IMG/VR virus record: IMGVR_UViG_3300001336_000004
Location: 1 to 61,801 of that record
Direction: 5' to 3' (one strand)
Length of the DNA: 61,801 nt
Origin: a virus
Taxonomy: Duplodnaviria > Caudoviricetes
In this document: one piece after another, positions 49,178 through 58,720 of the stretch
Position numbering within the stretch: position 1 is the stretch's first letter
Layout of the letters: each line of letters opens with the position of its first letter
The notes under the pieces: model-generated
What the model was told of the DNA's origin: nothing
The model's database searches: none
What the model saw: the letters and a program-made list of their open reading frames with translations, nothing else
Position numbers and translations under genes: made by a program

Positions 49178-50539
49178 ATGTCTATTTCCCCCGCAGCCGC
49201 TGTGACGCTGAGCTCTTTGACGAATGTTCTTCAGGAGCATTACAGCGAAGCACAAGTCGCTGATGCGACGATTCACAATATCGAAACACTCCGGCTGATC
49301 AAGCAACTCGGTCAGACCGGAATGAAGAAACGCTGGGACCCGCGCGGGCAACGCTTCATTTTCAATGTGAAAGCAGCGAACGCCGGCGGTTTCGGCGGCA
49401 TCAAGTCTGATGGCGCCCTTCCGACCCCCACGACCTCCCAAAACCGGAATCTGGATATTTATCCCGTCTGGCATGGTGCTCAGATTTCGGCGGACCTTCG
49501 TGCCCTGATTGTCAATGGACTGAACCGCGACACGGCTTACGCCTTCGTGAGTCAGCTCCAGCAGGACATGACTTCGATCCTCGACGAAGCGCGCGATTAC
49601 TTCGACTTCAACCTGCATTCGGACCAGGCCACCGGTCAGCTCACGGCAGTTTCCGTCGGTGCGACGGTGACTTACGATGCTGGCGATGACGAAACGACCA
49701 TCTCCTCGGTGGAAGACCTCCGCTATGTGCCGGAAGGCGCCCGGATCGAGTTCTACGATTCGGCGGGCACGACACAGCGCGGAAGCGCCGGGTGGACCGT
49801 CAAGGCCCGCGCCGACTTCAAAGATTCCGGCGCTCTCGTTGTTGATGGTGATGCTTCCGGCATCAGCCTCGCCGCCGGCGACCTGATTTTCCGCGAGCAC
49901 ATCAAGGACAACACCTACGGCGAAATCATCGGGTTCCCGGTGATTGTCGCTGCGACAGGCAAATACCCCAACCAGCTCGACGGTACGAGCACCGCGATTG
50001 ACCGCGACCTGAATGCGAACCATTTCTGGCGCGCACAGGTCACGGACGGCGCTGCTTTTGCGGATTTGGTTGATGCGATTGACGCCCATCTCATCACCAT
50101 GCGGAAGTACGGCTGGGGTCAGATCGAGGACTACGACATGAAGGAAGGAAAGAAGATCGCGTCGAAGTATATCCTCACTTCGTATGACGTGATGACTGCC
50201 CTCGGGCAGGACGTGCGGACGCATCTTCGCTACCTTCCGACACAGAAGGAAGGCGGGAGCATGGTCGATTTGGGCTTTCAGGGCCAGGTCTACAATGACA
50301 TTCCGCTGATTCCCGCAGCCAACTGCGAGCAGAAGACCGCTTACTTCATCGAGCCGAAATGCTACTACTACGGTGGCATGTCCGAGGGCCGGTGGGTGAC
50401 GGAGCTTTCTGACGCCGGCGGCAATCGCTTCAACCTCGTTCCGGGTTCCGTGGTTCAGTGGGCCGGCATGATCTGGTGCTGGCAGCTCTTCTGCGACAAT
50501 CCGCGACGGCAGGGCAAGATTACAGGTCTCAACCTGTAA
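49178..50539 (+). CDS. Major capsid protein
   Basis: 453 aa after the scaffold; strongly biased codons; C-terminal QLFCDNPRRQGKITGL typical of HK97-fold coats; followed by a hairpin. Confidence 0.8.
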   Translation: MSISPAAAVTLSSLTNVLQEHYSEAQVADATIHNIETLRLIKQLGQTGMKKRWDPRGQRFIFNVKAANAGGFGGIKSDGALPTPTTSQNRNLDIYPVWHGAQISADLRALIVNGLNRDTAYAFVSQLQQDMTSILDEARDYFDFNLHSDQATGQLTAVSVGATVTYDAGDDETTISSVEDLRYVPEGARIEFYDSAGTTQRGSAGWTVKARADFKDSGALVVDGDASGISLAAGDLIFREHIKDNTYGEIIGFPVIVAATGKYPNQLDGTSTAIDRDLNANHFWRAQVTDGAAFADLVDAIDAHLITMRKYGWGQIEDYDMKEGKKIASKYILTSYDVMTALGQDVRTHLRYLPTQKEGGSMVDLGFQGQVYNDIPLIPAANCEQKTAYFIEPKCYYYGGMSEGRWVTELSDAGGNRFNLVPGSVVQWAGMIWCWQLFCDNPRRQGKITGLNL

Positions 50540-50558
50540 GGCTTCCTTACGTGTTCAG

Positions 50559-50589
50559 GGTGGGCGCTACCTGACGGCGGCGCTCACCT
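50559..50589 (+). terminator. Hairpin after the capsid gene
   Basis: GGTGGGCGCT..GGCGCTCACC stem without a strong U-tract. Confidence 0.4.
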
Positions 50590-50613
50590 CCATCATTGAA
50601 AGGAAGGCCCGAT

Positions 50614-51099
50614 ATGGACTCAAGAGCTCGAGAGGTTGGACGGTTGCCCGTCCATCACGAATTCCCCGACGAGGTGTGGTATCAGGTCCATAACCCTGAT
50701 GCGAAGGATGAGATCAACGTCTTCCTCCGGCGGGAACTCGACGATCAGCGTGTCTTGGCGGCGCGACATCCCCATACAGGCCATTATTCGGTCTGGATTG
50801 ACGACCGCATGATTGGCGGTCCGGTTTTCCTTGTGATCGACGGACTCCGCGAATCGGACGTGCGTTCGACCCGCTTCATCCAAAGTATGCTCCGGTCGAA
50901 AAATGACCGCGATGCCTACATCCGAGAAAGCATCGAGAGCCACAAGAAGGCCAAGCGCGACAGAGCTGCAAAGCAGAAGGACGAGGTTGGGGCGGCGGCG
51001 GAAACAGTCGGCGCCGTTATGACCAGTCCAAAAATCAAGCCCAGGATTTTTTCGTATCCGGGAGCAAAATCAGGGTTGATTTTGCCGAAGGGAATGTAA
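50614..51099 (+). CDS. Hypothetical protein
   Basis: AAGGAAGG RBS; ORF in the structural operon. Confidence 0.55.
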   Translation: MDSRAREVGRLPVHHEFPDEVWYQVHNPDAKDEINVFLRRELDDQRVLAARHPHTGHYSVWIDDRMIGGPVFLVIDGLRESDVRSTRFIQSMLRSKNDRDAYIRESIESHKKAKRDRAAKQKDEVGAAAETVGAVMTSPKIKPRIFSYPGAKSGLILPKGM

Positions 51100-51102
51100 G
51101 CC

Positions 51103-52074
51103 ATGTCGCAACCGCTTGATCTCATAACGATAATGAAGGATGTCTGGCGATATATGCAGCAGGGGACACAAGCCCCGCCGCAGTATTCCCCGGAATTCCT
51201 GACGGTTGCGATCAACAATGAGCACCGAAAACTCATTGCGAAGATGTCCGAAGGGCATAATCGGTATTTCCTCAAGTTCAAGGATTACAAAATCAACAAT
51301 ACGACCCGTCAGGAAGAGTACCTTCCTGACGACTGCTTCATGCGAATCTCCGTGGTTCCGGTTGACAGCCAGACTGGAAGACCGCTTGGCGACCCGATCA
51401 AACGGATCAACACGGCGGACACATATACCCGCTGGACGGGCTACTTGATCCGAGGAAACAAGATTGAGTTCTGGAACCTCGGGTCATTCTCCGGCTCGAT
51501 TCGCCTGTACTACGAGCACACGATCCCCGATTTGTGTTGCGGAATCGCAACAATGAGCGGGGACGACATGATTCTCAGCTCGAATCCGACCGATGACAGC
51601 GTTGATACGCTGGTCAACGGAGGGACGCTGAAGGGCGCCGGTGCAACGTCGCGCCGAAACGATTATTACAATGACGCTGAGATTATGATTGTCTCGGCGC
51701 TTACGAATGGAGACCGTCAGATTGCGCGGATTGCAGACTACACCGGCAACACGCGAACCCTTTCTGTTGAGGAGTGGCCCGTCGGAACTCCAAGCGGAGA
51801 TGTGGACGATCCGATTGTCTATTCGATCCTCCCTGTGATCCCGGAGGAGTTCCAGCAGCTCCTTGTTTTCGGCGGCTGGATGGGGATCGCAGACCCAAAT
51901 TACTATGCGAAGGCACGGTTGTACTACGATGAGCTGTACGAGCGGTTCGTCAGTTTCCTCGACAACGAGGACAAATCAACGCCGATTCGCGTCCTGAACG
52001 CGGATGGCGAGCACTACCCCGGGGCGACAGTCCCCTACCCCGGATACGTCAATTTCGGAAATTATTTCCCGTAA
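51103..52074 (+). CDS. Head-tail adaptor / tail tubular A-like protein
   Basis: EL..AIN..EEYLPDD..IRLYY..IPEEFQQLLV pattern; position after the capsid gene. Confidence 0.6.
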   Translation: MSQPLDLITIMKDVWRYMQQGTQAPPQYSPEFLTVAINNEHRKLIAKMSEGHNRYFLKFKDYKINNTTRQEEYLPDDCFMRISVVPVDSQTGRPLGDPIKRINTADTYTRWTGYLIRGNKIEFWNLGSFSGSIRLYYEHTIPDLCCGIATMSGDDMILSSNPTDDSVDTLVNGGTLKGAGATSRRNDYYNDAEIMIVSALTNGDRQIARIADYTGNTRTLSVEEWPVGTPSGDVDDPIVYSILPVIPEEFQQLLVFGGWMGIADPNYYAKARLYYDELYERFVSFLDNEDKSTPIRVLNADGEHYPGATVPYPGYVNFGNYFP

Positions 52075-52085
52075 GGAGCAAGAAA

Positions 52086-52550
52086 ATGAAAAACAAGAGC
52101 CTGAAGTTCTGCGCGTTCTTCGTTATCGTTGGCTTTGCTGCGGCGGTGGCGTCCGTGCTGTTTCATCCGACGGACGCATCGGCTCAAGCCAAAGCGATCC
52201 CGAATCGCGATGCGGAGCGAACTCAGCCCGCGACATTGCAGCACAACGCCGTGGCCTATTATCCCGCTGTTGCCGCGAATGCCGCGACGACCCATGCGCT
52301 CCAGTCGGACACCGTGGCTGTGGATATTTCGGCGACATCGACCGTTCGGATCAACTGGTGGAATTCATCTTCGGATGTATCGAGCACCAACAGCCTGATC
52401 CTGCCGGCGAACGAGGTGGTGCGTTTTATGAGCAACAGGATGAACGCTTATACGACTTCCACGGCGGGCCTTTCGTACAATTTCTCGTTGCTTTCCATGA
52501 CGACTGGAGAAACTCGAGCCGTGACAATCGTCGAACACAAGAAATGGTGA
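52086..52550 (+). CDS. Secreted hypothetical protein
   Basis: Signal peptide ending ASA-Q; AAGGAG RBS. Confidence 0.6.
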   Translation: MKNKSLKFCAFFVIVGFAAAVASVLFHPTDASAQAKAIPNRDAERTQPATLQHNAVAYYPAVAANAATTHALQSDTVAVDISATSTVRINWWNSSSDVSSTNSLILPANEVVRFMSNRMNAYTTSTAGLSYNFSLLSMTTGETRAVTIVEHKKW

Positions 52551-52551
52551 T

Positions 52552-52950
52552 ATGCCACAGTTCGAGATGAACATCTTTCCCGGTATCCAACAGGATGCGG
52601 CTGGCGAAAAGAGAACGATCCACGATGTTCTCAATCTCAAGCCGCGTCCTGGCCGGACCGGCATTGCGCCCATCAAAGGCAATGAAATCACACACCATGT
52701 CACCATCACGGGGACTGGTGTGAAAGTTTTTTGGGCTGACCCGACGCTGTTTGGGGCGACAGAGGGATTCATCCTGGGGTCGATTGATACGCAGGATGTC
52801 GGCCAGTACAATACAACAAGCGGGCGGATATTGTCGCTTTTCTACTACAAAGACCCGCTTGATCGTCTGCGTGATTTGTTCACGGGCAGTTTCCCTGGGC
52901 CGTCGCCTGAATTATTCTACTTTGCGCACTCGCAAGATGGATTCAGTTAA
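52552..52950 (+). CDS. Putative tail protein
   Basis: ORF in the tail cluster, TAATG-coupled to the next gene. Confidence 0.5.
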   Translation: MPQFEMNIFPGIQQDAAGEKRTIHDVLNLKPRPGRTGIAPIKGNEITHHVTITGTGVKVFWADPTLFGATEGFILGSIDTQDVGQYNTTSGRILSLFYYKDPLDRLRDLFTGSFPGPSPELFYFAHSQDGFS

Positions 52951-54080
52951 TGCCTACGATTGGTGTTGGAACGTTCATTACAGGGAACATCCGCCGCGTC
53001 GATGTGAGTGTCGGCGCAGAGGCGGACACCTTTGTCCTTTCGACCAACGAGACGGTATTCGGGCAAGACCCGTCGTTTCGGTTCATCGACACATATCTCG
53101 ATTGGACCAAGCGGTGGGATTTGGTCGTGGTCGAATACAATGAAACCTTTCAGGAGTATATTCGGGTGATGAACCCGAGGACCGCCGCCATTTCTCAGGA
53201 ATACAAGAAATCTGATGGGGACTACTCTTACAGTTTGGCATTCTGCATCGACAAGGAAGGCCGCCTGATTTACTTTGATGACGGAACAGAGGCCGCAGAT
53301 GCGGGGATCAAGCGCATTGACCTTGATGCGGGGGGCACCGTCGAAGAGTTGACCTTCTCCGGCGATATTTTCGATGTGCTGTATTGGCATTTCTCAGCCA
53401 ATGATTTCGCTGTACTGATTTACAATGCGGGGGAATTTGAGGATGAGTTCAAGATCGCAAAGTTTACTTTCCCTGCTTCCGGGCAAACGGCGGTGACAGA
53501 AGACTGGTCGGTGCTAAAGGACAGCATTCTTGATACAGACCACGGCTTTACGGGGGGCGAGCCTGTTCTGCAAATCCTCCCCAACGGGAACGTCGTTGCG
53601 ATTTTTGAGTCGATCAGCGGGCCGCCGGATGCAGAGTGGATCAATTTGGTTGAGATGAACGTGTCCTCCGGCGCCGTCGTTCAACGATGGAGTCAGCAAA
53701 AAACCGACCCTCTTCAATACATCGGGGGAACCTATATCACGTCGCCATTCGTCGATTTCAACGAAAGCCGAGTCGTTTTCGTTGGGGGCGAAAGCCTGTA
53801 CGCTTTCGATACGGAAACATGGGACTTGGAATTCTCTCCCGTTGCGCTTGATGAAGAAATCGAGAACATCGCCAATGTTCAGTATATCGCTCCATACCAA
53901 GACGATTATTGGATGGTCGCAAACATCAGCGGCAATGTCGTGTTGCTGAAGATTCAAGTCAGAGATTTGAATGAAGTCCCGGCAGATCGAATTCTGACGG
54001 GGAGAAGCAATGTAGATACGCAACGATGCGGAGGCGATCCGAATAACTATTTCGCGCGAATCAAGCGAGGGCTTTCATAA
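52950..54080 (+). CDS. Beta-propeller-like tail protein
   Basis: 376-aa acidic beta-rich ORF coupled on both sides. Confidence 0.5.
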   Translation: MPTIGVGTFITGNIRRVDVSVGAEADTFVLSTNETVFGQDPSFRFIDTYLDWTKRWDLVVVEYNETFQEYIRVMNPRTAAISQEYKKSDGDYSYSLAFCIDKEGRLIYFDDGTEAADAGIKRIDLDAGGTVEELTFSGDIFDVLYWHFSANDFAVLIYNAGEFEDEFKIAKFTFPASGQTAVTEDWSVLKDSILDTDHGFTGGEPVLQILPNGNVVAIFESISGPPDAEWINLVEMNVSSGAVVQRWSQQKTDPLQYIGGTYITSPFVDFNESRVVFVGGESLYAFDTETWDLEFSPVALDEEIENIANVQYIAPYQDDYWMVANISGNVVLLKIQVRDLNEVPADRILTGRSNVDTQRCGGDPNNYFARIKRGLS

Positions 54081-57000
54081 TGGCCGCCCCGGGGAATTGG
54101 CAGGAAATTGAAGGGAGCGAGTTCGAGAGCAAGGCGGGTTCGTTTCCGAAATTCGTCAAAACAGGGAACACCGTCCACGTGTTCGCGGAACAGACGCGCC
54201 CGAAGGTGCTGAATTTCGACAATGCGGGTGAGCGTTTCATGGAGGCGTATTCTTCCGGCCTCGACTTCCCCCTGACCAAGGTGACGGCGGAGGGGCAGGA
54301 AGTCAACGCGATGTTCACGATCCTGGTGAAGGCCACGATTGATGACATTACGGTCACAGACAACATTCCGGGCAGCGACAATTTTTCGAAGGTCAGCGCC
54401 TCCAGCGGCGGGATGGCTGTCGGCGCAAACGCCTACGTCAGCGGCGTCATCACATTCGAGACCATCCCTGAAGCCTATCGTGGGCTTACCTATTTGCAGT
54501 CGGACCCCGGGCGCGCTGGAAGCCGCGAGGGAACCTCGGGCGAGCAGGGATACACGTCGAGCCTCGTCTATACATGCCCCGCCACCGTCTCATTTGAAAT
54601 GTATATCGCCCACGATGCGAATATCGACCCCAAGCCGAGCTGGCTTTACACGGGCTTCACCTCGACGGGCGAAGAGATTACGCTAAGCAACGGGAAGGTC
54701 ATGCAGGTCTGGAAGCGGAATTGGAACTTGCAGGCCGGGACATCGACAACGCTTCTTTTGCCGGGGAATCTTCCTTCCGGCGGGATTGTTGACGATCCCG
54801 CGATGTCGATTACGTTCTTCGTCCCCATCGCACCAATCTTTTCCAACGAAGATTTCCCCGACGATTATTCCTTTGAGCGCGACCTGCAAAACGGGAAGGC
54901 GATCTACCATGACAGGGCATGGACCTATCAGAATCTCCCGGAAAGCGGGAAGGGCGCATATTTCCTGCAAACGGGCTTCGCGGATCGCCTTGAGCCGACA
55001 ACGACGGACCCGTCTACGGATACATTTCTGAGCTTCGATCTCGGGGTTGAGGCTGAGGTTTACATCCTCCTCGATGCCGATGCAGCCCTTGATGATGTCG
55101 GAACCGGATGGGTTGATCCTGACGCGGTAGGGCCGGCGTGGGCGGAAGAGACCGGCTGGGGTGAAGTCAAGTTCGCGGGGAAACCCGTGACCGCCTACAA
55201 AGCCACAGTGAGCGCAGGGACTACCATCTACGCCGGAGGCAACGGCGGGCTGGAGGCCGGTGGCGGTGCGACGTTCGCTGAAAACCTCAATCACAATGTC
55301 ACTTACCGGTTCTTCGCGACATACTTCCGCTCATGGGATGGGCATGAAGGGCCGCCCAGCCCAATTTCCGACGCCTACACGACCGAGAACGAAGAGGGGG
55401 CCGTCACACAGATCATACTGACGGCGCCGGGCGTCGATACGGACGTTGCGGACCAGATTCGATTCTACGCCGCGTCAGATGTCTCAGAACGGGCCTTCGC
55501 CCTCATCCCCGAAATGGTTGCGGAGAACCCCGGTGCGGGAAGCGACGCAACCGTAACGTTCGATTACTCGGACGAATCGCTCATTGCTTATGGGCGCGTC
55601 CTGAACTTTCTTGACCGATGGAAACTCCCCGCGTGCCGCAATGCCGTCGAATATTCGCTTGCCGGGCGCATTCTCATGTGGGGGCAGGATACTTTCGTCC
55701 CGAACCCGTCCGATAAATTCACGGCACGGAACTCGACGTTTTATCAGCAGGCGGCTGGCGATCTTCGCCTCCGAATCGAGATGAATCCCGACAATCAGGA
55801 ATCTATGGATCAAACGATTCTTTGGAAATCATTCGTGGTGGGAAATACGGTTTACGGCGACGTGATTTATGTCACGCAGGAAGAAAGTGAATACGGATAC
55901 TCGGGCACGGTTGACGTGGTTTATTTGGACCGCGCCTTCCAATCGCAGCTTTACGCGGATGGCGTCGAGCTCGGCCTGGAGGATGTGGGGTACAGGTCTT
56001 TCGCCGGCCACAAAAACAGAATCTGGTTCACGTCCATTGTCGCCGCAAGTGATCGTGACGCTGTTGGCGAACCGGTCTGGCAGGGAATGAACCCGGCAAT
56101 TTACCTGGAACTCGAGTTCGGCGGGTACAATGTGACCGGCGTACACGTGGAAGATCGAAGTGTGTACATCGCAACAGACGAACCGCAAATTTGGAAGATG
56201 AACGGCGAGTACCTGATCGGACTGTTCCAGTACCAGATACAGCCCATCACGTTCAACCGGGGCAGTATCGCCGAGAACTCTTTCCATTCATTGCGGAACG
56301 GACGATCCCGATGCCTCGATCAAACAGGGATCATCGAGGTTGGGCCGTCGTTTGCCGAGAATGTGACGGACCAGCTTTACGCCCGCCGCCTGTTCCGCGA
56401 GAAGTTTGAAGTATCGTCCGAAGACTCTGACACGGAGCTTTCGGACTTCACGAAAGTTCGCGGGATTTATGATCAGAAAAATGAACAGTCCATATTCCTG
56501 AATTTGCGGCACGACGGGTCGGATCGCGATTGGGATCGCGTTGCGATTGACTCCCGATCCAGCGCTGTTTTGCGGGAAAACACAGGGCACGAGATCACCG
56601 ACCTGATTACAATCATCAGTGACCGGGGTTTCCAACGCCTTGTCTTTGGCGATGCCGACGGGCAGATCGGGGAATTCAAGGCAAATAACCGCAAGATCGA
56701 CCCTCCGACACATATTGAAGCGAACATGGATGCTGACGACTGGCTCGCAGCAAATGCGACGGGGTTCAAATGCCACCTGATTACAGGCGCAACAGACTTG
56801 GGGACTCCGCTCGTCAAGAACCTGAACAAAGTCTGGATTGCCGCCGAGAAAGCCGGCGACGGAACCGCTGAAATGCTGATTGGTGTTTATGGGGCCTACG
56901 GTGACATCGACCCCGACAGGATTGATTTTTACGCGATCACTGAGGGCGTGAACAACCGATTCCTCCCGGACTCGGCCACTTACCCCAATGGGGCGAACTT

Positions 57001-57154
57001 TTTCGTTGATCGTGTCAGGGAGGCGGACTTCGGAAAGTGGCATCCTGTCAATCTCACTGGAACGCATTTCGTTCTGTTTGTCGGAGGGTATAGCGTGACG
57101 ATGCCGGAGCTCAGCTCAAAGATCGTATTCGATTTCGAGGTTCACCCGATATGA
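54080..57154 (+). CDS. Tail nozzle / tubular B-like protein with two inserted repeat domains
   Basis: 1024 aa; TYRF.ATY....GHEGPPSP, RIWFT and LVFGD.DG.I are typical of podovirus stabilisation proteins. Confidence 0.6.
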   Translation: MAAPGNWQEIEGSEFESKAGSFPKFVKTGNTVHVFAEQTRPKVLNFDNAGERFMEAYSSGLDFPLTKVTAEGQEVNAMFTILVKATIDDITVTDNIPGSDNFSKVSASSGGMAVGANAYVSGVITFETIPEAYRGLTYLQSDPGRAGSREGTSGEQGYTSSLVYTCPATVSFEMYIAHDANIDPKPSWLYTGFTSTGEEITLSNGKVMQVWKRNWNLQAGTSTTLLLPGNLPSGGIVDDPAMSITFFVPIAPIFSNEDFPDDYSFERDLQNGKAIYHDRAWTYQNLPESGKGAYFLQTGFADRLEPTTTDPSTDTFLSFDLGVEAEVYILLDADAALDDVGTGWVDPDAVGPAWAEETGWGEVKFAGKPVTAYKATVSAGTTIYAGGNGGLEAGGGATFAENLNHNVTYRFFATYFRSWDGHEGPPSPISDAYTTENEEGAVTQIILTAPGVDTDVADQIRFYAASDVSERAFALIPEMVAENPGAGSDATVTFDYSDESLIAYGRVLNFLDRWKLPACRNAVEYSLAGRILMWGQDTFVPNPSDKFTARNSTFYQQAAGDLRLRIEMNPDNQESMDQTILWKSFVVGNTVYGDVIYVTQEESEYGYSGTVDVVYLDRAFQSQLYADGVELGLEDVGYRSFAGHKNRIWFTSIVAASDRDAVGEPVWQGMNPAIYLELEFGGYNVTGVHVEDRSVYIATDEPQIWKMNGEYLIGLFQYQIQPITFNRGSIAENSFHSLRNGRSRCLDQTGIIEVGPSFAENVTDQLYARRLFREKFEVSSEDSDTELSDFTKVRGIYDQKNEQSIFLNLRHDGSDRDWDRVAIDSRSSAVLRENTGHEITDLITIISDRGFQRLVFGDADGQIGEFKANNRKIDPPTHIEANMDADDWLAANATGFKCHLITGATDLGTPLVKNLNKVWIAAEKAGDGTAEMLIGVYGAYGDIDPDRIDFYAITEGVNNRFLPDSATYPNGANFFVDRVREADFGKWHPVNLTGTHFVLFVGGYSVTMPELSSKIVFDFEVHPI

Positions 57155-57798
57155 AAGAGCGCCGGTCGAACATATCCATCCCGGATGATCCTGAGATCAA
57201 TTTTTTCGCGAGGGCGGACACGCACCCGGACTATGATTTTTCTGCCCGCGAAGATATGGACGAGAATTTCCGGCATCTGCATGAGAGGATTTTCGATGTT
57301 GAGGAGAAAATCGAACGGATGCTGGTCGAGGTCCGTAATGCCCCGACGCCAAACTCAGGGCGGATTCAGGTTGGCTCGCGTGAGCGGATACCGATCCCTG
57401 ACTCCGGGCAAACATTCGGGCGTCTTGAGGCGACGATTGCTTCAGGCTCTGCGATTGAGGTTGGATCGCTGGTTTCCGTGGGGTACAATAAATCCGCATT
57501 CGTCGCAGACAGCGGGACGGGGAACAATGACGTGGTCCCGGCGAGCGGCGTCTGTATTTCGATTTCCGGGGTAAATATCGAGTACAGCCCTTTGTACGTG
57601 GGGCCGGTCCCAATGATTCGGGACGCCTTCAATGCAAGCAGGGGCGGCGACTTGTTTCTCCATAAAATCGGACGGGTGACAAACGACCCGTCACTTGTGG
57701 AGAGCGAGCAGATTGTCGGGAAGCTTCTTATTCCGCCGTCAGGAGGTTTGGCTTATGCGTTCATTCTTGTCAGCTATGTTCCTATTATCAATAAGTAG
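57151..57798 (+). CDS. Putative virion structural protein
   Basis: Coiled coil followed by a beta-rich decoration-like C-terminus (GDLFL...GRVT..P..QIVG). Confidence 0.5.
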   Translation: MKERRSNISIPDDPEINFFARADTHPDYDFSAREDMDENFRHLHERIFDVEEKIERMLVEVRNAPTPNSGRIQVGSRERIPIPDSGQTFGRLEATIASGSAIEVGSLVSVGYNKSAFVADSGTGNNDVVPASGVCISISGVNIEYSPLYVGPVPMIRDAFNASRGGDLFLHKIGRVTNDPSLVESEQIVGKLLIPPSGGLAYAFILVSYVPIINK

Positions 57799-58720
57799 CC
57801 TCGTTGCGGCGCAGTCGGAGCCGACATACCCGATCATATCAAAGGGAGAGGGTGTGCAACAGTGGATTTCGGGCGTGGAAGTGACTCCGAATCAGGAAAC
57901 GCTTGATCAGGCGATTCTGATCGGCGTTTACGCGGAAATGCGCGAAAGAAATGATGAGCTGTGGTTCTTTGATACGAGGAACAGAAACGGCGTGAGCCTC
58001 ACGCAGCTCAAGCGGCAGGGTCTTTCTCTTGCGGAAATCATTCAGTATTTCGGCGAGCGGCGGCCAATGCTTTTCACGCTTCCCGACCATCCGGGAGATA
58101 TTACGTATTTCCATTTTTACAAAAGCTTTGGGTACGCGATTCAGGTTCGAACGACCAACGGGTCCGTCCAGCACGTTCAGCCCGAAGTGATTACAAGCAG
58201 CGAGACGTTCCGGCTCGAATATACCGGCGCTCCGCTTCCTGGACTTGATTTGCCGGACTATGAGGTCGTCTTGATTCCGCATGACTGGCCCGGTTTGCAG
58301 GCGTCCCTGCTGGTCGAGTCGCCGGTCGAGGGAACGGACTATGTGCTTGAACATAATTTTGCATCAAGGACTTACATCGCGCAGTTTGAGGACGAGGACG
58401 GATTCATCCAGTTGCCGGAGATCGAATGTGGAGAGAATGTGACGACTGTGACGCTCTCGGGCGAGGTTGGAACGGGGACGCTGAGGGTTTTTCAGGGCTT
58501 TGAAGATCAATGGCGGGCTTACGAGCAAAATGATGCGAAATGGGTTGGTTGGCACGATTACGACAACATGAATTACCTGCATCAGGCCAGCTTGAGCGGC
58601 GACGATCTGAATGTCGGCGAACGGCGCCTTGTCAGGATATTGCAATCGAGAAAACACAGAAATCATGTAAATACACTTTCGACGGAGGTTCCCTCGGGAT
58701 GGCTAAATTCCTTCAAGTAA
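57755..58720 (+). CDS. Tail-associated protein with a signal peptide
   Basis: AGGAGG RBS; MRSFLSAMFLLSISSLVAA-Q; HNF motif. Confidence 0.6.
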   Translation: MRSFLSAMFLLSISSLVAAQSEPTYPIISKGEGVQQWISGVEVTPNQETLDQAILIGVYAEMRERNDELWFFDTRNRNGVSLTQLKRQGLSLAEIIQYFGERRPMLFTLPDHPGDITYFHFYKSFGYAIQVRTTNGSVQHVQPEVITSSETFRLEYTGAPLPGLDLPDYEVVLIPHDWPGLQASLLVESPVEGTDYVLEHNFASRTYIAQFEDEDGFIQLPEIECGENVTTVTLSGEVGTGTLRVFQGFEDQWRAYEQNDAKWVGWHDYDNMNYLHQASLSGDDLNVGERRLVRILQSRKHRNHVNTLSTEVPSGWLNSFK

